From positions 3,648,001-3,712,000 of the forward strand of contig OY820905.2 of the NCBI GenBank assembly GCA_963555755.3: a stretch of DNA of 64,000 nucleotides. The letters run 5' to 3'. A program made the position numbers and the translations under genes. The stretch is from Nitrospirales bacterium (GTDB taxonomy: Bacteria > Nitrospirota > Nitrospiria > Nitrospirales > UBA8639). Below, piece after piece: positions 10,150 to 19,255 of the stretch. Each line of letters opens with the position of its first letter. The first letter of the stretch is position 1. The notes under the pieces were generated by a model that saw only the letters and a program-made list of their open reading frames with translations, was not told the DNA's origin and ran no database searches.

Positions 10150-11838
10150 ATGTCTGGCAATCCAGAAACGTCAGCTCTCTCCTCCCTTCCCCTTGGCCAG
10201 CGTCTTCTCTGCGCAGGGTTACTATCAGAAGAGCAATTAGATTTAGCTCTGCGGGAAGAAAAACGGCTGAGCGTGGATCTGGGGGAAGTATTGCAAACCC
10301 TGGGATTTGTCAGCCAGGAAGTCCTGACATTTTTTCTGGCTGGGGAAACGCAGGCGAAACTGGTTAATGTCTCTGACTATGAGATCGACCCTCACGTCCT
10401 CCAACTTCTCTCCTATGACATAGCCAAGAAGTTTCAAGTTCTGCCCATCACACGAGAGGGTATGCGGCTGACCATCGCCTTAAGTGATACGTACAATGTG
10501 ATAGCCGTGGATACGATAGAGCGGATAACCGGCCTGATAACAGAGGTGGTGGCAGCCACACCCATGGCTCTGGCGGAAGCCATTGAAAAATATTATGCCA
10601 AGACCCGATCGATTAATGAAACGGTGGATGAAATTTTATCGGAGGGGGTGTCGACTCTGAGCCAAGCGAAGGGCACAGAAGCGCCGATGATCCGATTGTG
10701 TAATCAAATTGTGTTGCATGCGGTGGATCATCGGGTGACGGATATTCATGTCGAACCAGATGAAAAAGTTGTGCGAATTCGTATGCGAGTGGACGGGATC
10801 CTCCATCAGGAAGTACTCATGCCAAAGTCATTGCAACCTGCACTCACCGCACGATTCAAATTAATGGCAGGTCTCAACGTGACCGAAAAACGGGTCCCAC
10901 AAGATGGACGCATTTCTTTTTCCCTAGGTTCTAGAGCACTGGATCTCCGTGTCTCGACACTACCGACCAATTTTGGTGAGAGTATTGTGCTCCGCGTGTT
11001 GGATAAATCCAATGTGAAGCTGCAATTCCCAGCGTTGGGACTGAGTCCCCCGGATGAGGAAACCGTGCGATCACTCATCACTCGCCCCCATGGCATCATT
11101 TTGGTCACCGGCCCCACAGGCAGTGGAAAAACGACTACCTTGTACACGGCCCTGTCGGCGATCGATGCCCAAGAAAAAAGCGTGTTTACCTTGGAGGATC
11201 CGATTGAGTATCAAATGCCACTGGTGCGGCAAACGCAAGTGAATCCTGAAGTCGGGATGACCTTTGCTGCTGGTCTGCGTGCACTGCTCCGGCAAGATCC
11301 TGATGTCATTTTAGTAGGAGAAATTCGTGATAAAGAGACAGCCGACCTAGCCTTTCGTGCGGCCATGACTGGGCATCTCGTGTTCTCCACGCTCCATACG
11401 ATCGATGCGGTGGGGGCCATTCCTCGCCTGTTGGATATGGGAGTCGAACCCTTTTTGATCCCTTCAGCGTTACTGGCTGTCGTGGGCCAGCGTCTGGTTC
11501 GGTGTATTTGTCCGCATTGTAAAGTTCCGTTGGAAGACCCAACAGCCCTATTACGAAGTCACAACATTGACCCATTTCCAGAAGAGCCCACGCAGCTCTG
11601 GGAAGGGAAAGGGTGTGACGCCTGCCTGCAATCAGGGTATCTGGGCCGACGTGGGATCTATGAAATCCTTGTATTAAATGACCAGTTGCATGGTCCTATT
11701 CAACGTGGACCCAATATTCCAGAAATTCGTCTCCTCGCTCGAAAAGCAGGGATGAAGAGTATGTTTGAAGATGGACTTCTGAAAGCTGGTCAAGGCGTCA
11801 CGACGATCCAGGAAGTCATGCGGGTGATTGGTGACTAA
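10150..11838 (+). CDS. GspE/PilB/MshE-family extension ATPase
   Basis: GPTGSGKTT, TLEDPIE, DPDVILVGEIRD, STLHT, CxxC..CxxC; degenerate MshEN-like N-terminus. Confidence 0.95.
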   Translation: MSGNPETSALSSLPLGQRLLCAGLLSEEQLDLALREEKRLSVDLGEVLQTLGFVSQEVLTFFLAGETQAKLVNVSDYEIDPHVLQLLSYDIAKKFQVLPITREGMRLTIALSDTYNVIAVDTIERITGLITEVVAATPMALAEAIEKYYAKTRSINETVDEILSEGVSTLSQAKGTEAPMIRLCNQIVLHAVDHRVTDIHVEPDEKVVRIRMRVDGILHQEVLMPKSLQPALTARFKLMAGLNVTEKRVPQDGRISFSLGSRALDLRVSTLPTNFGESIVLRVLDKSNVKLQFPALGLSPPDEETVRSLITRPHGIILVTGPTGSGKTTTLYTALSAIDAQEKSVFTLEDPIEYQMPLVRQTQVNPEVGMTFAAGLRALLRQDPDVILVGEIRDKETADLAFRAAMTGHLVFSTLHTIDAVGAIPRLLDMGVEPFLIPSALLAVVGQRLVRCICPHCKVPLEDPTALLRSHNIDPFPEEPTQLWEGKGCDACLQSGYLGRRGIYEILVLNDQLHGPIQRGPNIPEIRLLARKAGMKSMFEDGLLKAGQGVTTIQEVMRVIGD

Positions 11839-13036
11839 GTTTCAATACCGAGCCGTGTCCCGGCAAGGAGCAGTTGTCAAGGGGATACTGGGTGCGAATA
11901 CTCTTCAAGACCTGGAGAGCAAACTGAGTCAAGACGGACTGTGGTTAGTCAAGGCACACGAAACGGCAAAATCCACAGGGTCCTCACAACGCGTGTCCGG
12001 AAAAGTCGACCGGGAACTCGCAGAGTTTGCCATCAGCATGAACGGCCTCATGACCGCAGGCGTTCCATTATTGGATGCCTTGGGCGGAGTGGTTGAACAC
12101 ACCGTACATCCTGGGTTGAAGGCGGTGTTGAGTGCCATGTGGAAAAAGGTGGAATCCGGTGACACCCTTCATGCGGCCATGGCCGAGCACCCCAACGTAT
12201 TTCCAACGATGGTGGTGAACCTGGTGCAAGCCGGTGAAGAAAGTGGAACCTTACCGGAAATATTTTTTGAACTCCATCGGTATTTGGAGTGGATGGAACG
12301 GATGAAGGGTGATGTACGTCAGGCCACACTCTATCCTGCCATGGTGCTCCTGGCCGTCTGTGGGCTTCTTGTCCTGTTGTTTACGTTTGTGATTCCACAA
12401 TTTATTCCGGTATTGGAGTCACTAGAGATTCAACTGCCCTGGTTGACGGATGTGATGTTCAGAGTCAGTGAAACCATGGTGGCTACGTGGTGGCTCTGGA
12501 GCCTGCTGGTGGTGGCAGGTCCGTTGACGTTCATGATCGTGCGATCAAGGGTGCCAAAGATGGCGTGGTGGATCGATAAGGGGAAACTGCAGCTGCCGGT
12601 ATTTGGGGGATTACTGCAGATGTTAGCGCTGTCTCGATTTACCCACAATTTCGCCATGTTGACCCGATCAGGAATTTCGGTGTTGGACTGTTTGCATTTG
12701 TGTCAAGGAGTGGTGGGAAATCAGGTGATGGACCGCGCGCTGGGGGAAACGGAACAAGCGGTGAAAGAGGGGCGTACGCTCAGTGAGTCGCTGGGACGGC
12801 ATGCGGTGTTTCCCCCACTCTTTATTCAAATGGTGTCGGTCGGTGAAAGATCAGGGAAGCTGGAACAAACCATGAGTAAAGTGGCCGCATTTTATAGTGA
12901 AGAAATTCCACGACGAGTCAAAAAAATGTTTGGCGTTCTCGAACCTCTTCTCACCTTGGCTTTGATCAGTATTGTCGGAACCGTGGCCCTAGCCATTTTT
13001 CTCCCCATCCTGACGCTGATGGGTGGAATCCGGTAA
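11828..13036 (+). CDS. GspF/PilC/MshG platform protein
   Basis: AGVPLLDAL, AGEESGTL, ATLYP, VGERSGKL motifs. Confidence 0.95.
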   Translation: MVTKFQYRAVSRQGAVVKGILGANTLQDLESKLSQDGLWLVKAHETAKSTGSSQRVSGKVDRELAEFAISMNGLMTAGVPLLDALGGVVEHTVHPGLKAVLSAMWKKVESGDTLHAAMAEHPNVFPTMVVNLVQAGEESGTLPEIFFELHRYLEWMERMKGDVRQATLYPAMVLLAVCGLLVLLFTFVIPQFIPVLESLEIQLPWLTDVMFRVSETMVATWWLWSLLVVAGPLTFMIVRSRVPKMAWWIDKGKLQLPVFGGLLQMLALSRFTHNFAMLTRSGISVLDCLHLCQGVVGNQVMDRALGETEQAVKEGRTLSESLGRHAVFPPLFIQMVSVGERSGKLEQTMSKVAAFYSEEIPRRVKKMFGVLEPLLTLALISIVGTVALAIFLPILTLMGGIR

Positions 13037-13142
13037 ATCAGGGAAAAGATTACCCATCTCACCTCACCATGTGGCAATACTGAAAGGTATGTACCCACAA
13101 CCTGCCTTAGGATCCCCTAACGGATACCGATAATGAGAAGAT

Positions 13143-14786
13143 ATGTGCTCTTGTCTCAACCGATCCCGGTCGATCAACGGATTTACCCTTCTCGACCTCA
13201 TAGGCATTCTGGCTGCCATGGCTATTCTTGCAGCGGTACTGCTTCCCAACGCCATTAGTCATCTCTACCAACAGTCGCTGGATACGGAGCAGAAGCATCT
13301 CGAAACCATCGCCAAGGGCGTGGAAGTCTATTTCTACAAGAATTTGGCGTTTCCGCCGACACTGGCGTCTCTTACCCCCGACTATGTGCCGTACCCCACG
13401 GCGCAATTAACCGACAATGAGCGGGGGTATGAGCGGTATTACTCTGTACACCCGACCATGGATAGTTTTTCCAATCCCTCCGGGCTTTCGAGCAGTGATG
13501 TGGACGATGCGCGGTTTCTCCTCATTTCCAACCTGACACAGGATGAGGCCCCGGGGATAAACAATGCCGCTCAATTTGAGACCTGGTGGACGACCGATGA
13601 GTCAGCCACCCCGGGGCTGCATATCTATCGCGGCAATCTGGGAGACGGTTTTTATCAGCTGACCATCACAGGCGAGGGGGCTGGGGCCAGTTACCAGCTG
13701 AATGGGACCGCCACCAATTCCGGCGGGACGACGCTCACCACCCATACCAAACATCATTTGATTGGCACCCCGATCAAATTCGACGAAGCCGATACGTATG
13801 CCACCCCTGAAGTGCAGTTTGCCCTCACCACCAACACCGCGTATTGGTTTAATCCGACGTGCACGGTGGGGAAGCAGTGGAATCCGCTAGTTCCGGATTG
13901 TGGATCGGTTCTGTGGCTCTCCGCTACGGGACAGGTAGGTGGAACCCCTGGGCTTTCTTCCTGGAAGGACGCCCAGATTGTGGTGTTCGAGAGCCCGAAT
14001 TTGACCTACCAAAATGGGCCTGCCAGCGCTACTGATGGCACATTTGCTTTGGTGTCGGACATGGAAGATTTTACTCAAACCACGGATGTGGATGGCATGC
14101 ATTACGTGACCCAAAACCTCATGGTGGGGAGCTCCAGCACCATCGATTTATTCGTTGGCGATGTCTTGCTCTCCCTCGATTCCGACGAAACCTTGAACAG
14201 TACGAACTCATTGACCGTGGATAGCAACGATGTCTTTATTTTCCGCCCTGATACAGCAGGAGATTACTCCGCCGGCACGTTCATCATGCTGATCGACGAA
14301 TCGGATATTGGCTATGGGAGTATAATTGGGCTGTCACTGGTTGAAACCACGACATCCGTGGGTGGCATTACTTTGAATGCCGGGGATTTCCTGTTGTCCG
14401 AATCCGGGAGTGCTGCGGTTATCGACCGGTTTGTGCCCGATAACATCGGCACGCCCACTAGCGGAACAGTCACGATGCTAGTCGAGGGGAGTGACATCAA
14501 CATTTCCAGCAATGAGATCAATGGAATTCATCTTGTGACGAGCGATGTCCCAGTGGGGGATGTGAATCTGACAGCCGGTCAAATCTTGACCTCGTTATCT
14601 TCCGCCGACAGTTCTACTGGGGACAACAGCATTTCGACGGACGATTCGGACATTTTCATTCTGGACGTCACCACCGCCGGTTCCAATACCGCGGCGAACG
14701 CCACTTTGTTTTTGGATGGCAGTGACGTAAGCTTGAACGTTAATAACGAAGACGTTGATGGGATCACCTTGATGGGATCACCTTAA
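13143..14786 (+). CDS. Large minor/tip pilin with acidic C-terminal repeat domain
   Basis: NG|FTLLDLIG (Asp instead of Glu5); first ~250 aa colinear with the 15550 pilin; ~295 aa Asp/Ser/Thr-rich extension. Confidence 0.8.
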   Translation: MCSCLNRSRSINGFTLLDLIGILAAMAILAAVLLPNAISHLYQQSLDTEQKHLETIAKGVEVYFYKNLAFPPTLASLTPDYVPYPTAQLTDNERGYERYYSVHPTMDSFSNPSGLSSSDVDDARFLLISNLTQDEAPGINNAAQFETWWTTDESATPGLHIYRGNLGDGFYQLTITGEGAGASYQLNGTATNSGGTTLTTHTKHHLIGTPIKFDEADTYATPEVQFALTTNTAYWFNPTCTVGKQWNPLVPDCGSVLWLSATGQVGGTPGLSSWKDAQIVVFESPNLTYQNGPASATDGTFALVSDMEDFTQTTDVDGMHYVTQNLMVGSSSTIDLFVGDVLLSLDSDETLNSTNSLTVDSNDVFIFRPDTAGDYSAGTFIMLIDESDIGYGSIIGLSLVETTTSVGGITLNAGDFLLSESGSAAVIDRFVPDNIGTPTSGTVTMLVEGSDINISSNEINGIHLVTSDVPVGDVNLTAGQILTSLSSADSSTGDNSISTDDSDIFILDVTTAGSNTAANATLFLDGSDVSLNVNNEDVDGITLMGSP

Positions 14787-14927
14787 ATGGAAATGGATCA
14801 GGTTCTTCGTCGAGCGTTGCCGTGACGATGACGACGAACGTTATAGAGAATCCGACGTTTACCTTCGCTACCGCTACACGGATGGCGGTGTCTGCAGTGG
14901 TGCTTAATCAGGCGGCTGCGACCCACC

Positions 14928-15122
14928 GTGACCGCGGGTGGCGGACTGGTGGTACGAGAGTTCTGGATTGCCGCCAGCTCCGATGATGCCGAGGAAAGGG
15001 CTTCCGGCAGTGTGAGACGCACCAGCAGCGACCGGGAGCTGGTGCTCGACCGAGAGGGCGATCCGACGGTCCGGTTTCATTTCGGGGGACAGTATACTTC
15101 ATTCGATTCAGTGGCGGCGTAA
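14928..15122 (+). pseudogene. Fragment of an extracellular SSDDAEE-motif domain
   Basis: IAASSDDAEERASGSVRRTSSDRELV resembles a motif of secreted/PilY-like proteins; short, with stops upstream. Confidence 0.45.
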
Positions 15123-15314
15123 CGGCGCGGATCTGCCTGTTGGGCCAAGGAGCATTGAGTGACTGTTATGAGGCGAGAAGGGGAGACAGGTTCCAACCTT
15201 CCTGTCGGAGTCGATTAGGCCCAGGAAAATATCGGACAGTCCTGGAGCCCTGTGTGAGTGGATGTGGGGTAAGCCCCATAGACCTACTCCACTGAATCCT
15301 TTCGATTTAGTTAT

Positions 15315-15455
15315 GGACACCTCAAAAAACCGTCCTTTTCCGTGATGGCGGCGTCAGCCGCGTGCTCACATCCTCATGTATTCGCCCATACACTCCGGTT
15401 TTCCGCGCGCGGCTTCCTTGCCCTCACAAAAAATACCTGGTTTGTAGAGGTGCCC
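15315..15455. mobile_element. MITE family C
   Basis: Near-identical to 242-383. Confidence 0.85.
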
Positions 15456-15549
15456 TTATTAATCTTCCCTAACCATCAAGAATTGCCACTTTCCCTCCGA
15501 AACATGAGATGAAGTCTATCTCTAGGGGAGGGATGGCTATATCCGAACT

Positions 15550-16422
15550 ATGCACTCAATCTGGAGCTCGGGCTTAAGGAAAATCAAGGGAGTATTAGAA
15601 AGAAGAAGCCAAGGGATAATGGAACGTGCTAAAAGGAGGGAATTACTTCAGGGGCCGTTTTTTGTTTGCCCCTTGCGGGGGAATAGTGCCTTTACCCTCA
15701 TTGAACTGATTGGCGTCCTCGCCATTATTTCTATCTTGGCCGGAATGATTGCTCCTAATGTCATCGGACGCATTAAGGCAGCAACGCAGGATGCAGAGGT
15801 ACAGAATTTGAAAGTCATTGCCCAAGGCATCGAATTATACTTGCGAAAGAATCGGGATTTTCCGGCTACCTTGTCTGCCTTGAGTCCTGAATACGTTCCC
15901 TTTCCACCGGCCCAATTAACGAGCAATACGAACGATTACCCCCGGTATTATTTTGTTCAACCGAATCTCAGCAGTTTCAGCAATGCCACAGGCCTCACGT
16001 CGAGCGAATTGGCCGATGCTCGGTTTTTAGTGATTTCTCAATTAAACCAAGATGCTGCACCTACTATAAACAACGATGCTCAATTTGAATCCTGGTGGAA
16101 TACTGATGAAACCTCTACCCCGGACCTGAAAATTTATCGCGGGCATGTCGGACATCTCTTTTATCTCATCAGTCTGAGTGCAGATGGAGCCGGAGGAAGT
16201 TATTCGATTGATGGCACCGCGACCAACTCTGGTGGTTCCACCTTATCGCTCCACACGAACTATCATATCGCTGGTACGCGCGTGGCTTTAGATGAAGCCA
16301 ATACCTACGCTACTTCCGAAGTGGAGTTCGCTTTGACGGTTCAGACCGGGTATCAATTTGACCCGGATTGCACTGCAGGGTCCCAATGGAGGGTGATTAG
16401 TAGTGGATGTTATAGCAGCTAG
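15550..16422 (+). CDS. Minor type IV pilin, paralog of 13143 (start may be ATG 15619)
   Basis: SA|FTLIELIGVL; C-terminal Cys pair. Confidence 0.85.
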   Translation: MHSIWSSGLRKIKGVLERRSQGIMERAKRRELLQGPFFVCPLRGNSAFTLIELIGVLAIISILAGMIAPNVIGRIKAATQDAEVQNLKVIAQGIELYLRKNRDFPATLSALSPEYVPFPPAQLTSNTNDYPRYYFVQPNLSSFSNATGLTSSELADARFLVISQLNQDAAPTINNDAQFESWWNTDETSTPDLKIYRGHVGHLFYLISLSADGAGGSYSIDGTATNSGGSTLSLHTNYHIAGTRVALDEANTYATSEVEFALTVQTGYQFDPDCTAGSQWRVISSGCYSS

Positions 16423-16449
16423 AGAAACTCAGGTGCTCGGGAGAAAAAC

Positions 16450-17862
16450 ATGAAGAGGAACAACACTCTTCAAACTGTTCTTGGCGTCAGTCTCATCCAC
16501 GGCCAATTTTTGGCTTCTGCATTTGTCAAAGGGGAGATGACTGGGAGTTGGAGCGCCCCGAGTGTGGTTGAGGGAGTTGATCAAATCCAAATGGCTCTGG
16601 CCGAAGCCATTCGAGCAACCCACTTTCCTGGTCAAACTGTCAGTCTCCTTGTTGAGGATAGACGATTGGTTCATCAATACCATCTTGTCCCACCCATGAG
16701 CAAAAAAGATCTGGACGTGTATCTGGATCGTATGGCTGATCGGGAAAAATGGGGAGAAGGCCCCGCTGTGTGGAGATATCGAACAGCCATGGGTGGACGA
16801 GGCCAGCAGGGGGTGTTGCTTGATGTCTGGCCTCAATCATATGTGGATGAGGTGATCCAGGCGTGTCAAGCCGTGCAATTAACTCCAGTTCACCTCTTTC
16901 CCTTGTCAGCTGTCTTTGTCGATCAGGTGCGAACCTTGGGGGCAGAACCGGATGATGTCTTGCTGCTGGTGACTCGTGCAGTGGGGAAAATCGTGTTGGT
17001 CATTGCGACGGGAGAAGGAAAGCCACTTTTTGATCGATTCCTGAGTGGAAATGTTGAGGAAGCGCAGAGTCCTGCCCGGATAGGACAGGAAATCACCCGG
17101 ACCTTGTTATTTGTCAATCAGCAATTTGAAAAACAGGTTGGCCAGGTATGGGTGATGGGGGAGTCCGAAGGGTTTTCTGCTGAGGCCATCCAACCTCATG
17201 TTGACATGCCTATTTTGGGGTCTCCGATTGTTCCCGATCCTGCCTATTGGATTTTTATTGGAACGAACCTTCCCCCCACTCATGACACGAACTTTATCCC
17301 CAAAGAGATTCGTCAGGGACCGAGGCGGAGAGCCATGGCGAAAATTTCAGTAGCACTCCTTGTTGGGCTCGTCTGTTTTTCTGTGAGTATGACCAGTCTT
17401 ATTGAGGCACTGTTAGCTCGAGGTCAATCCATGGCAGCGATGATTCACGATCAAGTCCAAGACAGGCAACGAGAGAAAGGTGAATGGGTGGGACGGGTTG
17501 AGGCCTATCAATCTCAACAGGCGTGGGCTCAAACGATCCTGACGAATCGTGTCCCTCCATTGGCGGGGTGGTTTCTTGGCTACCTCGGGGAAATTCTTCC
17601 TGATGAATTGGTCTTAGACCGCGTTTCTGTTGTCAGGGATGGTGCTGGTTGGGATGTGGCCCTGAGTGGGACAGGTCCTCAACAGCCTTCGGTCGGTGTT
17701 GACAGGCTTAAGCTCTTTGAAGAGCGTTTGGTTCAAGGCCCCTATCATGTGGTCATGACCAAACGGTGGCAAGATGGGTGGCTGAAAGGGTTTGGGAGTG
17801 GGAGCAGTCATTCAACTGATCGGTCTCGTCATCGATTTGAGATGGAAGGGCGAATTCAATGA
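16450..17862 (+). CDS. PilM/PilN-like (MshI-like) alignment protein
   Basis: Large cytoplasmic part, NFIP motif before a single TM, then coiled coil and small periplasmic domain; position in the cluster. Confidence 0.65.
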   Translation: MKRNNTLQTVLGVSLIHGQFLASAFVKGEMTGSWSAPSVVEGVDQIQMALAEAIRATHFPGQTVSLLVEDRRLVHQYHLVPPMSKKDLDVYLDRMADREKWGEGPAVWRYRTAMGGRGQQGVLLDVWPQSYVDEVIQACQAVQLTPVHLFPLSAVFVDQVRTLGAEPDDVLLLVTRAVGKIVLVIATGEGKPLFDRFLSGNVEEAQSPARIGQEITRTLLFVNQQFEKQVGQVWVMGESEGFSAEAIQPHVDMPILGSPIVPDPAYWIFIGTNLPPTHDTNFIPKEIRQGPRRRAMAKISVALLVGLVCFSVSMTSLIEALLARGQSMAAMIHDQVQDRQREKGEWVGRVEAYQSQQAWAQTILTNRVPPLAGWFLGYLGEILPDELVLDRVSVVRDGAGWDVALSGTGPQQPSVGVDRLKLFEERLVQGPYHVVMTKRWQDGWLKGFGSGSSHSTDRSRHRFEMEGRIQ

Positions 17863-18440
17863 AACCGGCACTCCCTCAATGGGCAGGCGATATCTTGTCA
17901 TATGCCGGAAAACGCGCTCTTGTTGGAATGGTGCTTGTGGGGTCTTTGATCGTAGTCGGGTGGTCTCTCACTGCACGGGTTTCGCTGATTACAGAAGCTC
18001 ATTCCTCCATTCAGTCGGCGTTTCTTCTCGATCGGGAGTTAACGACTCTTCGTACGAAATGGTCGGGACCCGTTCAGGAGGAGATCGATCAAGAAGTGCG
18101 GCAAGCTGATGCGCAACTCATTCAAGGGTTTGAACACACCGTGCGATGGTTGGAAAACGTGCGTGCGCAGTCGTTGAAACTTGGTTTTTCTTGTGAACAT
18201 TCGCTTGGTCAAACACTTCCTGCCCCAGAACATCTGGTGGGGGTTCAACTCTTGCCGGTCAAATTTGTCTTGGGGGGTGAGACCCCCCAGGGATCGTACG
18301 AAGCTATGATCGAACTTCTTCGGGCCTTGGACGAGGGGCAGGTCAGGGTAGATCTTCAGGAAATGATAATAACCGGTGATGGCAATGGGGTTCAGCGTAT
18401 CGTGATTCAGGTATATGTCTGGATGAAACATATAGGATGA
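17859..18440 (+). CDS. PilO/MshJ-like protein
   Basis: N-terminal TM, coiled coil, GSYEAMIELLRALD; overlapping stop/start with neighbours. Confidence 0.65.
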   Translation: MKPALPQWAGDILSYAGKRALVGMVLVGSLIVVGWSLTARVSLITEAHSSIQSAFLLDRELTTLRTKWSGPVQEEIDQEVRQADAQLIQGFEHTVRWLENVRAQSLKLGFSCEHSLGQTLPAPEHLVGVQLLPVKFVLGGETPQGSYEAMIELLRALDEGQVRVDLQEMIITGDGNGVQRIVIQVYVWMKHIG

Positions 18441-19000
18441 AAAATGTTCTGAATAACCCTTGGGTTGTTGGCGGGTTGTGTGTCGCAGCCTTGGTGAGTG
18501 TCTTCGTGAGAGTGGTGTTTCCGTTGTGGGGAAATTCGGTCCAAGCCAGGCCCGCGTCCAGCCAAACGGCTTCCAATATGGAGCAGGTGATTGCCATGCT
18601 AGAAGCGACCACTGAAACCAAAAAGGGGAAGAGGGCGGCGGAGCAAGCCGGGACGCACTTGACTCAAGAACTGGTGGGTTGGGTTGATTCCTTTCCACGG
18701 GATCCTTTTCGACCACCACCCGCAAAACCAACCAAGAAAGAAATACTGACGCAGGTTTCAAAATTTAACCCTCCCCCTAAACCTTTAAGTTCAAGGTTGC
18801 AGCTTCAGGCTGTGTCCATGCAGGGGAGTCAGAGAATAGCCATGATTAATCGAGAGGTGGTCCTTGAAGGGGATCGTGTTGAAGAATTTTTCGTCCTTCA
18901 AATCCAAGCAGATGGTGTCTGGGTAAAAGGGCCACGCGGGAAAGAACTCTTAGGGTTTGAAGCAATTGAGAACGATGCAGACGAACTCGATATTTCCTAA
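18437..19000 (+). CDS. MshK/GspB-like protein
   Basis: RDPFRPP followed by LQLQAV...RIAMINREVVLEGD. Confidence 0.7.
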   Translation: MKNVLNNPWVVGGLCVAALVSVFVRVVFPLWGNSVQARPASSQTASNMEQVIAMLEATTETKKGKRAAEQAGTHLTQELVGWVDSFPRDPFRPPPAKPTKKEILTQVSKFNPPPKPLSSRLQLQAVSMQGSQRIAMINREVVLEGDRVEEFFVLQIQADGVWVKGPRGKELLGFEAIENDADELDIS

Positions 19001-19082
19001 AGCCCTCATGGGTGGCAATGTCGGGGAAGGATTTTTCTGATAGGAGGAGGAGAGCCTTGGACTTTTTGGCGGAATCCTTAAA

Positions 19083-19244
19083 CCTAGAAACGGCAGTTGG
19101 ATCACAAAAGTCCGCGCAAGCCCTTGGCGCACCTGGCAAAATACAAAAAGGTCTCATCACCAGAGAGGTGACACGACTTTTTGTATTTCACCATGCACAC
19201 CAATATCTTACACGTCTTTTTTGCGCCCAACTGCCGTTTCTAGG
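19083..19244. mobile_element. MITE family B (empty, no nested insert)
   Basis: Inverted repeats cctagaaacggcagttgg/ccaactgccgtttctagg; 5-bp duplication ttaaa on both sides. Confidence 0.9.
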
Positions 19245-19255
19245 TTAAAGAAATC

